This document shows positions 8,501-18,134 of a stretch of DNA of 64,000 nt, piece by piece. Position numbers and translations under genes: made by a program. The notes beneath the pieces were generated by a model, which was given only the letters and a program-made list of their open reading frames with translations, did not search any database and was not told where the DNA came from. Each line of letters starts with the position of its first letter. Position 1 is the stretch's first letter. Location of the stretch: the NCBI GenBank assembly GCA_964579445.1, contig CAZOGM010000004.1, positions 15,079-79,078 of the forward strand, read 5' to 3'. The stretch is from an uncultured Acinetobacter sp. (lineage in GTDB: Bacteria > Pseudomonadota > Gammaproteobacteria > Pseudomonadales > Moraxellaceae).

Positions 8501-9315
8501 TGCATCTTGGCCTGTTCACGCCATTTTTTCGCCAATATTTTATTGTATTGACCTTCAGCCAAATAATACTCAGACAAGCTTTCCAGTTGCTTTAAATCCA
8601 CTGTTAGCAATGCATCAATTTCTTGAGTAAATGCTTCAAGATCCATGACAGGTGGCAGAACCGCTTGAAAATGCGCAGAAGCAAAGTTCAAACTATTTTC
8701 AACCACAGCAACATAAGCATCTTGTGATTTAAGTTTTTTATTAAACAGTAAGTAATCAACCGTATGCTGAGGTTGTAACTGAATCCATTCACGCAAGACA
8801 TCATGAATCAGCTGATAACTATATTGTTTGGCATCGTCGGTAATGGTCGCGTATTCAATTTTGCCACTTTCAAAGGCGAATTCACGCAGTAACTTTTGAC
8901 TAAAACTGTCCAGCGTCCCCACAAAAAGCTCATCTAACTGGTCTATGACCAATTTAATTCGCTCACAGGCATAGCCTATTCGATTTGAAAATGTCTTGAG
9001 CAAAACTTGAAACAACGGGTCTGCGGCTTGTTCAGCTTGAGCCAAAACCTGTTGTTCTGTCAGTTCTCTACAGCCCTCAAAATACTTTTGGGTTTCAACC
9101 AAGCGCGCCCGTACTCGCGTTTTTAATTCTGCGGCAGCTTTTCGGGTAAAGGTTGTCGCGATGACCTGACTGGGTAAATATTTTTCCAATAAAATTCGCA
9201 CCATCAAACTCGACAGCGTGTAGGTTTTACCCGTTCCTGCGGATGCTTCAATCCAATGCAGGCCACTAAACTGCATATCCTGTATCGGTTGAGTCGAGAC
9301 TTTTTGTGTATTCAT
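5590..9315 (-). CDS. recB: Exodeoxyribonuclease V beta subunit RecB
   Basis: IEASAGTGKT, LVDEFQDT, VGDRKQAIYGFRG, MTIHQSKGLEF, YVALTRA and the C-terminal nuclease motif GEIDLVF...IADYKS. Confidence 0.98.
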   Translation of the reverse strand: MNTQKVSTQPIQDMQFSGLHWIEASAGTGKTYTLSSLMVRILLEKYLPSQVIATTFTRKAAAELKTRVRARLVETQKYFEGCRELTEQQVLAQAEQAADPLFQVLLKTFSNRIGYACERIKLVIDQLDELFVGTLDSFSQKLLREFAFESGKIEYATITDDAKQYSYQLIHDVLREWIQLQPQHTVDYLLFNKKLKSQDAYVAVVENSLNFASAHFQAVLPPVMDLEAFTQEIDALLTVDLKQLESLSEYYLAEGQYNKILAKKWREQAKMQHFFLQELPDFFEALKQQGAYALFAAQYANTLKLITELTTKKPLNKCPEDVLNNFQQHTVIKALKHFIEVLAKLNLDLDQLDSYLKYHLASEVKKRLPQVLQQKGETTFAQQIRTLAESLQGEQGQRFASYVHARYPLILVDEFQDTNQDQDDMLAQIWRHSKRVDQGCMIMVGDRKQAIYGFRGGDMLTFLKAHQDVFGKDGHAYHLVHNHRSVQPLVEVVDALFQRQIDFGEHVSYTPVQAGSRPHPALIDQQELNPSPLRWIQLEDKETEAEQVAWNIRQLLNQSIQGELSIAGSPARGLDESDIAVLSKNHDGLDKVQSALEYLGIAFNRPSKKSVFESQVARDVGAILTAIMHPFDEAKIKRALLSRLLGFNLQKLIQLEMQPDGLSHYIEKFDQIREVWLNQGFLTAWQLCLNQFQVWTMLVEKQSRDNERAVVNLRHLTETLSQHSESYQGAQNLYYWYLKQLTAPMQREWEMERKLSNDAGVQLMTIHQSKGLEFKIVFLLGADKSVNEINKTLNFSKAARIHPQTGKVEEHRVVAIHDKNNLDETAIAQHEERNLAEHRRLWYVALTRASHRVYAMLSDTKGTSTTGLAFWRGQGADAFTHPYSLIQPLITEKPSKLKGHTTAEKAELHAAVFPSQRFYPRAKTSFSYLAQHLTRKQIQDALAVMDAEQSSAEDELHQPVIDVEVAQELSQELNHAPIAWIKANFPMGTLAGNFLHEIFEHIDFKDSAHWSLELKRRFKNDYVILWRELQEKVAKAFPHESEPDALLIDLMVSWLDDILKTPILNQFKLNQLHPDQHLAEFPFYLALSDRILAIPRIHQLFQEYGILMPDFNDAHSARYLKGEIDLVFFDGQRYHIADYKSNFLGLSQASYQASAIQDSMSHASYWLQAGLYLVALHRYLKIQLEDYQIERDLGGATYLYLRGMNGQAEQGYVYWKPENEFILRLDAILGHFTDDKNIKTA

Positions 9316-9318
9316 GTC

Positions 9319-12300
9319 TTATTTCTCAACCACAGTTTGATGGAGATAAATGGGCTCATATAAATCATAAGCGTAGGTATCACAAGCGTGTTGAAGTAAG
9401 GCTGTGGTGTCCTGCTCTTGTAAAATAAACTGCCAATCACGATGCTTCTTACTCCACTCCATATCAGCCAAAGCAAAAGGCAAAAATGAGTCACTCTTGT
9501 CCCATTCCTTTTGTAGATCTTTAAAGTTGGCAAGGGTGGATTTTCCAAATTCATCAGACTGCCATTCTAGTGCTTTGCCTTTTTCAGCCGATAACAGCAA
9601 CAGTGCCGCAGGTAAAACCAAAGGCTGTTGTTGGGCATAGTCATAAGCATGGAGCCAAACCTGCAAATAGCTTCTCGCTTGCGTGGTGGTTAAGCCACTA
9701 TTGATAAGGGTGGCATCACTAAATACAGCAATACGTTCGAGCGCGGTTGAGCGCTGATCGTCTAAATTTAAAAAGTTTAACCAGAGTAAATATTCAAGCC
9801 AGACTTTAGCACGCCGTTTGGCACGCGCACTGGATGCATCTAAGCTGACCCAAGTACTGACCGCCTGTTTAGGTAGCGTAATGTTCATGGTAAGATCAGG
9901 TCGAACGCGCCATTGACGCTGTGTGGTTTGCGTGATGTCAGATGCGTACTGATGCAATCTTTGTTTTAGGCTGTCTTGCTCTGCCAAGCTCATGTTTAAC
10001 ACACTGTGTTGTACTTTGCCGACTGGCAACTGATCTTGCAGAATCCGCAGATCAAAAGATGATTCAGTGTCACCTTGTTGCTGTAAAAAATCCCGAATCG
10101 CATAACGTCCTAAACCATCTAAAACCAAAGGCTCATGTTGTGCTGGTATATCTTGCGGTTTTAAATTTTCAACGCCCAAAGTTTTCAAATATAAGCGCGC
10201 AGGGAAAGTAATATCTTGAATCCATTGTCCGGCATCAATCACTGTGGCATTTTCATCGGGTTTGATATAGACATCATTGACCCACGGTTCACGCTTGTGG
10301 CTGGCCTGCCGCAACTGTTTCGCCACCTCAAACCATTGATCTTGATAACGGCGAGTCGATATGCCATCAAATCCCATCGGGTCAAAGGGCTGTAGAGGAT
10401 GCACCTGATACAACTGTTGAATATGGGTTGCCACTTCAATCCCACTCAAAGAAGTAGTCGGTGCTGAATCACGCTTTGCCTCATCTGTTTCGGCATCAAT
10501 TGCGCTATGTTCTGAGCGGGTAATAAAACCTAAATGGCTAATCAATTCTTGTAAAACACTAGAAGGCTCACGCACTTCACCATCACTGACATCAAAGCCA
10601 TTATAAAACAGCCATAAATTCTGCTGCGCCAGCAAAACGGCATCTAAAAATGCGCCTTGATCATCTTCTAAGCGTGAACGATCTCCTAATTGTGGTTTGA
10701 GTAAATTCATCAAATCAAAAGGCACTTGGGTATTACGGTTTGGAAATTTACCGCTGTCTAAATTCAGCACCACCATCAATTTATAAGGTAGCGGACGAAT
10801 GTGACCCATCTGACTAAAGGTAATTTGTCCTGTCGGAAGTGCCTGTTCAAGCTGACTATCTAAACTACTTTGAATTTCTTCGAGCAAATAAGGTAACGGT
10901 AATTGAATATGATACAACTCATGCTGCTGCGGTTTATCTTTGTCATAGTTGTATGACAAAGTCAGCATGGTGTACTGCTTTTTCACGATTTTATGTACGG
11001 CTTGTAAGGTTTCAACCCCTGCATTTTGAAACTCTTCAATCTCTTGTTTTAAAATATCAAGCCACTGCTCCACGGGTTTACGCAAACCTTGCTCATGCAT
11101 GATCATCCAATCACGGCGTACAGCAAAGTCTTGATAAATTTCAATGAGCTTGGAAATTAATTCAAAATCACGACTCAGTACATGCGCAAAACTTAAAGTC
11201 TCATCAAACATGGTATGTTCAGGAATCGCGATACCTAAGGCCAAACGATCCAGTGCAAATTTAAAACTGAAACGATAATCTTGATCCTCCGCGCTTAAAC
11301 TTTGCTGTAAATGTTCAGCGTCTAAACCGCGTTTAAAGCCTGCATTGACCAATAACTCAACCATACGCTCGGTACGATCAATATCAAGTTCATAACGAAT
11401 TTGTGTAGCACTGAGGCTCAGCCAATCTGCAAAATCTTCTAAGCTAAAGCGTCCAGTCACCAGCTGAATACGCCCCAGTACAGCGCGCCATGCATTGTTT
11501 ACATCAATCTGGGTCACTCCTGCAATTTTCACAGGCAAGAATACGCCGTCTTGAAAACTGCTTTGCGGAAATACGCTCCGAATAAGTGGTTCCATCTGCT
11601 TTAAATCAGGGGCCAAAACTAAAATATCACTGGGACGTCGTGGATGTTCAGGTGTACCTTGCGACAACCAGTGAATCAATTGTTCTTTTAAAACTTCGAG
11701 CTGCCTCAGCCCCGAATGGCAGACATGAATTTGAATGGAATCATCATTTTCCGCCAATACATACCCTTGCTGTTTAGGCTCAACCAAATACAGAATATCG
11801 GACTGTAATTTACCCAACAGATGGCTCGGATACTCATCCACAAAGGCATCAATCCATTGTCCTTCTTCACCTGAAGATAGATTAGAGAGTATCGAGAAAT
11901 GATCACGTGCTTGTTTGCCAAACCGAGTCAATAACGGATGGCGTGACTCACGAACTTCAGCATTAAAATTTAAAGTGAAAGCATCAAAAAATCGCTCAAT
12001 ATCTTCATCTGAGGCGTTCGGATTTTTCGCAATAAATCGTTCTTTCACACTTAAATCGTAACGCTTTTTCCAATTTGGATCGACGCTGTCCGCCCAGTAT
12101 TCTTGCGAAGGGTTGTAGTGCAAAATCAGTACATCAAGATACTGTCCCAAGCGACGTAAAAACTGCAATTGGGAGGGCGGCAAGTCTAACAGCGTAAAAA
12201 TAATCACCTGCTTTGGTAGATTTTTTAAGGCATCCATTCGGCTTATCTCATCATCCATGACCTTCCAAAATTCAAGATCAATAGTTTGCATTTCAACAAA

Positions 12301-13002
12301 ATCATCATGAAAGGTATGTTGCCATAACCAGCGCTGCCACAGCTCTAACTCTTGTGCTTGATTAAACTTAAAACTGACATCTTGATCTTTATTGTGTGGG
12401 AATAACTGTTCAATATCTAAAGCCTGATTTGCACCCCACTGGCTCAACCAGTTGGTAGGACAAGTACATAGGCCTTCACAATTTTTTTGACACTCGCCAC
12501 GGTACTGCATGTAATTAGTAAACAGCTTAGAGACTTGCTCAGACACCCAATACAACATACTTTGTTTTTTGAGCTGTTTTTCAACACTTTGTTCAAGTGT
12601 TGAAGCACTGTCATAAATCCGCTGCACAATCGCAAATAAAGGATGATCTGAGTGAAGCTGATTGTCATCGGTATCAATAAAGGTTTTTAAGGTTTGATAA
12701 ACACGCCATTTCATCATTAAGCGTGGAATATTCGCTTTACGCACATGGTCTTTATCGTCTAACACTTGTTGATAACAAAACCATTGAAAGCCACGAATAC
12801 GCTGATGAAATTGACTGTTGGCACTGATGCCTTGTTGTTCTGCAATGGTTTGGGTCAGCCACTCTTGAATAGCGGGGCTCGGCACCACAAAATGTTCAGT
12901 ACCCAGGACAGCAAAAGGATGCTTTGACGGCTGCTGAATACGTAGCAATACGCCTTGTACCAACACCTCAATTTGCTGGCTTTGAATAACATGAATCCCC
13001 AT
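9319..13002 (-). CDS. recC: Exodeoxyribonuclease V gamma subunit RecC
   Basis: 1227 aa with VVPSPAIQEWL, HVCHSGLRQLEVL, RPLPYK and LEDDQGAFLDA...YNG motifs; directly upstream of recB. Confidence 0.96.
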   Translation of the reverse strand: MGIHVIQSQQIEVLVQGVLLRIQQPSKHPFAVLGTEHFVVPSPAIQEWLTQTIAEQQGISANSQFHQRIRGFQWFCYQQVLDDKDHVRKANIPRLMMKWRVYQTLKTFIDTDDNQLHSDHPLFAIVQRIYDSASTLEQSVEKQLKKQSMLYWVSEQVSKLFTNYMQYRGECQKNCEGLCTCPTNWLSQWGANQALDIEQLFPHNKDQDVSFKFNQAQELELWQRWLWQHTFHDDFVEMQTIDLEFWKVMDDEISRMDALKNLPKQVIIFTLLDLPPSQLQFLRRLGQYLDVLILHYNPSQEYWADSVDPNWKKRYDLSVKERFIAKNPNASDEDIERFFDAFTLNFNAEVRESRHPLLTRFGKQARDHFSILSNLSSGEEGQWIDAFVDEYPSHLLGKLQSDILYLVEPKQQGYVLAENDDSIQIHVCHSGLRQLEVLKEQLIHWLSQGTPEHPRRPSDILVLAPDLKQMEPLIRSVFPQSSFQDGVFLPVKIAGVTQIDVNNAWRAVLGRIQLVTGRFSLEDFADWLSLSATQIRYELDIDRTERMVELLVNAGFKRGLDAEHLQQSLSAEDQDYRFSFKFALDRLALGIAIPEHTMFDETLSFAHVLSRDFELISKLIEIYQDFAVRRDWMIMHEQGLRKPVEQWLDILKQEIEEFQNAGVETLQAVHKIVKKQYTMLTLSYNYDKDKPQQHELYHIQLPLPYLLEEIQSSLDSQLEQALPTGQITFSQMGHIRPLPYKLMVVLNLDSGKFPNRNTQVPFDLMNLLKPQLGDRSRLEDDQGAFLDAVLLAQQNLWLFYNGFDVSDGEVREPSSVLQELISHLGFITRSEHSAIDAETDEAKRDSAPTTSLSGIEVATHIQQLYQVHPLQPFDPMGFDGISTRRYQDQWFEVAKQLRQASHKREPWVNDVYIKPDENATVIDAGQWIQDITFPARLYLKTLGVENLKPQDIPAQHEPLVLDGLGRYAIRDFLQQQGDTESSFDLRILQDQLPVGKVQHSVLNMSLAEQDSLKQRLHQYASDITQTTQRQWRVRPDLTMNITLPKQAVSTWVSLDASSARAKRRAKVWLEYLLWLNFLNLDDQRSTALERIAVFSDATLINSGLTTTQARSYLQVWLHAYDYAQQQPLVLPAALLLLSAEKGKALEWQSDEFGKSTLANFKDLQKEWDKSDSFLPFALADMEWSKKHRDWQFILQEQDTTALLQHACDTYAYDLYEPIYLHQTVVEK

Positions 13003-13189
13003 AATCCCTCTTTGTGATTGTGCTTAAACAGAACTGTTCATAAATGCACAAAATCATAAACATAAATTACTATACATCTTAAACTGAGTATGTCACTTTT
13101 GTTTCATAGACATCATAAAACTTTAGAAAAGCGTGCTAAAAATCGCGTTTTTAACACAAAAATCAAATCGATATTTTAGGTGACCTGTT

Positions 13190-13696
13190 ATGAAGATAGA
13201 CAAAATTCCAGACTCAATCGACCCGAATTTAGATCTAGAACAAATCCGCCAAGAATGCCTAGAATTGGTCAAAAAGCGCTCTTATGTATCTGCGGGCGCA
13301 GCAGTCATTCCTGTTCCCTTTTTAGATGTGGTGATTGATGTCGGTATGCTGTCCATGCTAATCCCTGACATCAATACTCGTTTTGGATTGTCCCCTGAGC
13401 AAATCACGGTCTATGATCCTGCAACGAAAAAAGTGCATTGGAATGAACTGCGTAAACGTGGCTTTGAATTTTCAGGTTTAGTGGTGGCACGTACCGCAGC
13501 AAAAAGTTCACTCAACAACATCGCGGCTAAAGTTTTAACCAAACAAGTGACCAAATTCATTCCTTTAGGCGGCTCAATTATTGCGGCAAGTTTGGGTTAT
13601 ATTGTCATGAAAAAAGTGGCTGAAGCGCATGTTGAAGAAAGCTATAAACTGGCAAAGAGCATTCAACAAAAACAGAAAGCCAATGTAGTAAGCTAA
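13190..13696 (+). CDS. Conserved hypothetical protein, DUF697-like
   Basis: AGAAVIPVPFLD motif and KFIPLGGSIIAA C-terminal helix pattern typical of DUF697-type proteins. Confidence 0.6.
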   Translation: MKIDKIPDSIDPNLDLEQIRQECLELVKKRSYVSAGAAVIPVPFLDVVIDVGMLSMLIPDINTRFGLSPEQITVYDPATKKVHWNELRKRGFEFSGLVVARTAAKSSLNNIAAKVLTKQVTKFIPLGGSIIAASLGYIVMKKVAEAHVEESYKLAKSIQQKQKANVVS

Positions 13697-13705
13697 TTTT
13701 AAAGC

Positions 13706-13735
13706 AAAAAAAGCGGATGAATCATCCGCTTTTTT
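13706..13735. terminator. Bidirectional intrinsic terminator
   Basis: AAAAAAAGCGGATG-AAT-CATCCGCTTTTTT between convergent genes. Confidence 0.9.
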
Positions 13736-13776
13736 GCTAAAAAAACTCATATAACCATTATAAATCGCTCATGTAG

Positions 13777-15204
13777 CTATTCCACTTTTAATTGCTTGAG
13801 TAAAGCTTTTAGAATTTGAATTCTGGCTGAGTATTTATCATTGGTCGCAATCACATACCACGGCGCATACTCAGTATCTGTTCTTTGCAACATGTCCGCT
13901 GCTGCAGTTAAATAATCATCCCAACGTTCACGGTTACGCCAGTCCTCGCTGGTAATTTTAAAGCGTTTATGCGGTGTTTGTTCCCGTGCTTTAAACCTTG
14001 CTTCTTGTTCTTCCTTGCTAATGGCTAACCAAAATTTTACCACCACAGTTTGCGTGTCCGACAAATCTTTTTCAAAACGATTAATTTCATCATAAGCGCG
14101 TTTCCATTGCACATCTGAAGCAAAGCCTTCGACACGTTCAACCAATACTCTGCCGTACCATGAGCGGTCAAAAATCGAAATATTTTCCTCATCTAAAAGC
14201 TTGTTCCAAAAGCGCCATAAATAGGGACGCGCCAGTTCATATTTTTCAGGGGCAGACGTGTTATAAATCCCATATTCACGAGGATCAAGTTTTTTCACAA
14301 TGCGTTTAATCGCGCCACCTTTGCCTGCTGCATCCATGCCTTCAAATACAATTACAGTTTTTCGCCCATCCATTCGAAGCGCGGCTGCAACTTTCTTAGT
14401 CAGTTTTTTCAGTTCAGCCTTATAGTCTTCCTCAATCAACACCTCAGTGCTGGGTTGTAACAGCACCTCAGGCACCGGCGCTTGTTGCCATTTGCTCCGT
14501 ACTTTCAAAGCATGATTCGGCAAAGCGGTTAAATGTTTTAATACATGTTCGGCAAAGAGATGATCACGTTGCTGTTCATCTTCACAATCAATAATCAGCC
14601 AATCATCTGTGAATTTACGACGTAAGCGTTGCAGACTGTCATATTGTTTTTTATTGCGCCAATCCAGTCCATGTAACTTATGCCATCGCTGCTCAGATGC
14701 ATCCATTTTATCAAGCCGCTTTTGCAGAGATTTCCATGACAAATCAAACCAAACTTTGACCACATCCACATGGTTGTTTTCTAAATCTTGTTCAAAGGCT
14801 TGCATTTGCTGGGTATAGGTTTCAAATAAAGTGTCATCAAAGGGTTTTGAGACATGCAATGTGGTTGCCAACAAATCACTATACCAATTGCCAAACAATA
14901 CAATCATCTGCCCTTCAGCGGGAATAAAGCGAGTATAGGGCTGCCAAAAAGGTGTGTTGATGTTCATTAAATGCGGTGGATCAGCTTTAACTCTTAAATA
15001 ACGTGGATCAAGCCACTCACGAAGCTGTTTGACCGACTCCCCTTTTCCTGCCAGCTCAATGCCACTAACCAATATCACTAGACTTTTAGCATTTTTTTTG
15101 CCTCGGGTATTTTTTAGGGCGTATTGCGCTTCAATGAGTTTAAGACTGAGATTTTCCGACTCAAGCTCTGATTTAAGTTCTACTTCTATTTCAGGATCAC
15201 GCAT
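13777..15204 (-). CDS. pap: Polyphosphate:AMP phosphotransferase (two-domain class II PPK2)
   Basis: Duplicated PPK2 fold: N-domain SGIELAGKG, C-domain FEGMDAAGKGG plus FDRSWYGRVLVERV and KITSEDWRNR. It closely resembles the Acinetobacter PAP as I recall it. Confidence 0.92.
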   Translation of the reverse strand: MRDPEIEVELKSELESENLSLKLIEAQYALKNTRGKKNAKSLVILVSGIELAGKGESVKQLREWLDPRYLRVKADPPHLMNINTPFWQPYTRFIPAEGQMIVLFGNWYSDLLATTLHVSKPFDDTLFETYTQQMQAFEQDLENNHVDVVKVWFDLSWKSLQKRLDKMDASEQRWHKLHGLDWRNKKQYDSLQRLRRKFTDDWLIIDCEDEQQRDHLFAEHVLKHLTALPNHALKVRSKWQQAPVPEVLLQPSTEVLIEEDYKAELKKLTKKVAAALRMDGRKTVIVFEGMDAAGKGGAIKRIVKKLDPREYGIYNTSAPEKYELARPYLWRFWNKLLDEENISIFDRSWYGRVLVERVEGFASDVQWKRAYDEINRFEKDLSDTQTVVVKFWLAISKEEQEARFKAREQTPHKRFKITSEDWRNRERWDDYLTAAADMLQRTDTEYAPWYVIATNDKYSARIQILKALLKQLKVE

Positions 15205-15424
15205 ACATGGCTCGAATTTATTGTATTTTCATCAGTATACTCAACTCTCCTATCTGTCATAAACACCAGAGTACAATTTATTGCAAATGTCTGCTCATGA
15301 TAGGTTTTAAAGGGCATATCCATACGGACTGACTTATTTTTAAACGCTTAGCTTTATATTTGTCATAGTAGTTTTGATTGAAGCAGATTATGCTTTTACA
15401 TGCCGAAAATCATTGAGCCTCAAC

Positions 15425-16132
15425 ATGTCCAAACTTGCTGAACTAGATCAACTTTTAGAACAATATCAACAATTAGACTACCATTCAGATCCGATTTTGA
15501 AACAACGTTTGAATGATGCTCAAGTTTGGCTCAAGAACCGCATCCAAAACACCCATCAAAGCTTGTTTAATGAACCTCAACATCAGCTGATGGCACAGTA
15601 TTTTCTCAACCGACTCTATGGTGGTGCTGAATTTGACGATCTAGCACTGCAAATAGAACGCTTACTCAAATATGCGCATAAAGCTGAAAAAATTATTCCT
15701 GAAAATGCGATTAAAACAGGTTTAAAATCGGTCGGTTTGGCGGTACTTGCAATGCAACTTGATGAGCAAGTGGCAAAGCAGCTATTAACGGATTATCCCG
15801 TAGATCAAACTATTGATGATGAAATGATGCGCCTGACCTTAATCAAGGTCGATCAAGCTAAGGCACGCAAGCAACAACTAGATATGCTCGATGAGCTAGG
15901 TGCCAGCTTAGACAAATATATGCGTTCATTTATTATGCATACTGCCTTTAAAATGTGTAAAGGTGCGGCCAGCAAATACAAATTTGACCTGATGTATGAT
16001 TTTATTGGTGAAGGCTTTCTGGCGATGAAACCGATGAAGTCTGCGGGCAGCTTCATTGCACGCTTTACTGAAAAAGAGCGTTTAATTATAGATAATGTCC
16101 ACTCAGGCAAGATGCATCCATTTAAAATTTAA
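15425..16132 (+). CDS. Conserved hypothetical protein (FFLEELY-motif-like)
   Basis: The ORF track starts at 15374; ATG 15425 is the more likely start. It contains AQYFLNRLYG, similar to the FFLEELY-motif family. Confidence 0.6.
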   Translation: MSKLAELDQLLEQYQQLDYHSDPILKQRLNDAQVWLKNRIQNTHQSLFNEPQHQLMAQYFLNRLYGGAEFDDLALQIERLLKYAHKAEKIIPENAIKTGLKSVGLAVLAMQLDEQVAKQLLTDYPVDQTIDDEMMRLTLIKVDQAKARKQQLDMLDELGASLDKYMRSFIMHTAFKMCKGAASKYKFDLMYDFIGEGFLAMKPMKSAGSFIARFTEKERLIIDNVHSGKMHPFKI

Positions 16133-16491
16133 CCGGCCAAATGCTAAATTTTATGCCGCTAAATTTTGAATGAGCACGATAGCTTTGGATTGAGTTCATA
16201 TCTTTGCACCATTATAGCTCAAGCCGATCATAGAATTTTGGCTTGAGTTTTATACACAGGATAGATCGCTTAAAATTAAATCAGGTTCAGCTCATATTCA
16301 GCTGTAGATTTCGATTGAAAGCAACTGAATATTAATTTTTTAAAACCACTCATAAAAATCTAGCACTGCTATTTTTTATTTCTGTATATTATTCATATCA
16401 ATTGCATGATCTACACTGTAAAAAATCAAAGAATCTGTCATCATGCAAGTTCAACCAGATTTACTATTATTTGTGTTCAGGAGTGACTCGA

Positions 16492-17436
16492 ATGTCTAAT
16501 GAAAACCAACAGCCAACTGCTCAAAATGAGCTGGGCAACAACACAGACACAGTCAGTCCTTTTTTAACCGAGCCATTACCAACAGGTACCGCGCAAGGTC
16601 AGCAGCAATCATTACAACAAAAACTGACTGACACCCCAGTGACAGGTTCAGTACCCAAATACAATTTGCCACGTGGTGCAAATACCGGCAATGTCGGTGA
16701 GACCACACACTTTGGTTTCCAGACGGTAAACAGCGAAGAAAAAGCGCAAAAAGTCGCAGAAGTATTCCATTCTGTTGCCAGTAAATACGACATCATGAAT
16801 GACCTCATGTCATTTGGTATTCATCGTTTATGGAAACGCTTTGCGATTAATATGTCGGGCGTGCGCCGTGGCCAGCATGTACTCGATATTGCAGGCGGGA
16901 CAGGTGACCTTGCCAAAGTATTTAGCCGTGAAGTTGGCCCAACAGGTCATGTGGTTTTATCAGACATTAACGAATCGATGCTCAATGTCGGTCGTGATCG
17001 TTTACTGGATGCGGGCTGTAGTAATGTTGATTTTGTGTTGGCCAATGCTGAAACTTTAGAGCCATTTGCAGACAACAGTTTTGATCTTTTAACTATTTCT
17101 TTTGGTCTACGTAATGTGACCGATAAAGATGCTGCCCTTGCTTCAATGTACCGAGTGCTTAAGCCAGGTGGTCGTTTACTGATTTTAGAATTTTCTAAAC
17201 CTGTATTTGAGCCATTTTCTAAGCTTTACGATTTGTATTCATTCACTGCCCTCCCAATCATGGGCAAAATCATTGCCAATGACGCAGAAAGTTATAAATA
17301 TTTAGCTGAATCCATTCGTATGCATCCAGACCAACGTACCTTAAAAGGCATGATGGAAAATGCAGGCTTTCAAAACTGTGATTACCACAATTTAACCGCA
17401 GGTATTGTGGCGGTTCATCGTGGCTTTAAACTCTAA
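16492..17436 (+). CDS. ubiE: Ubiquinone/menaquinone biosynthesis C-methyltransferase UbiE with ~65-aa N-terminal extension
   Basis: THFGF...[43 protein letters not shown] and [10 protein letters not shown] motifs; SD AGGAG before ATG 16492. Confidence 0.97.
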   Translation: MSNENQQPTAQNELGNNTDTVSPFLTEPLPTGTAQGQQQSLQQKLTDTPVTGSVPKYNLPRGANTGNVGETTHFGFQTVNSEEKAQKVAEVFHSVASKYDIMNDLMSFGIHRLWKRFAINMSGVRRGQHVLDIAGGTGDLAKVFSREVGPTGHVVLSDINESMLNVGRDRLLDAGCSNVDFVLANAETLEPFADNSFDLLTISFGLRNVTDKDAALASMYRVLKPGGRLLILEFSKPVFEPFSKLYDLYSFTALPIMGKIIANDAESYKYLAESIRMHPDQRTLKGMMENAGFQNCDYHNLTAGIVAVHRGFKL

Positions 17437-17457
17437 GTTTAAGCAATAGGGTTCATT

Positions 17458-18114
17458 ATGTGGTCGATTCTTGCACTGGGTGCAGCTGAACGTTTGATTC
17501 ATCAATGTATCAATTTGGATGCGATTAGTCGCATTCAACTCAATGCGCTTCAGGGCAAAATATTGCGCGTGGTGATTGATTCACCCCAGCTGTCTGTTGA
17601 TGTATTTTTTGATGCTGAAAAAGTACGTTTAGAACCTACTGTCACGGGTCAAAGTATCAAACCGTCTATTTTTGAGCAACGTCCTTTTGATGACATTAAA
17701 ACCATCACTGAGGCGACTGCGACCTTGCATGTAGAAAATGTGGTGGCACTGCTTAAATTGTTACTGGCAGATGATGTAGGCAATATTCCACTGCAAGGGG
17801 ATTACCGTCTGTTGCAGGATATTCAGCGGATTATTCAACAAGCTGAGCCAGATCTTGCTGCCAAACTCAGTGACTGGATTGGTCCAAACCTTGCTAGTCA
17901 ATTGGGTAAGATTCAAGCTGTACCCAAGCATTTATTTCGCTCATTCGACAGTCAATTATTTGTGCTTGAAGACTTTTTAAAAGAAGACAGCGGTTTGTTT
18001 GCACCGCGGTGGCAAATGGATGATTTAAATCAAAAAATGCGCCAGTTGACCCAAAATGTTGACCGTCTTGAAGCCAAGATTCAACAGCTTCAATCTCAAT
18101 TCAATTCCCATTAA
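17458..18114 (+). CDS. ubiJ: Ubiquinone biosynthesis accessory factor UbiJ (SCP2 domain)
   Basis: Lies between ubiE and ubiB; N-terminal SCP2-like region, DLAAKLSDWIG, and a C-terminal coiled coil (LTQNVDRLEAKIQQL). Confidence 0.85.
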   Translation: MWSILALGAAERLIHQCINLDAISRIQLNALQGKILRVVIDSPQLSVDVFFDAEKVRLEPTVTGQSIKPSIFEQRPFDDIKTITEATATLHVENVVALLKLLLADDVGNIPLQGDYRLLQDIQRIIQQAEPDLAAKLSDWIGPNLASQLGKIQAVPKHLFRSFDSQLFVLEDFLKEDSGLFAPRWQMDDLNQKMRQLTQNVDRLEAKIQQLQSQFNSH

Positions 18115-18134
18115 AATATTAGGTAAGTGCATTT

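Noticed and set aside
13777-15204. Degenerate N-terminal PPK2 domain (GIELAGKG versus GMDAAGKG)
   Set aside because: Asymmetry between the two domains is an established property of class II PPK2/PAP enzymes.
16133-16491. 360-bp spacer before ubiE with hairpin CTCAAGCC...GGCTTGAG and a GCTAAATTTT direct repeat
   Set aside because: No terminator, promoter-bounded unit or recognisable motif. It is most simply the terminator/promoter region of the flanking genes.
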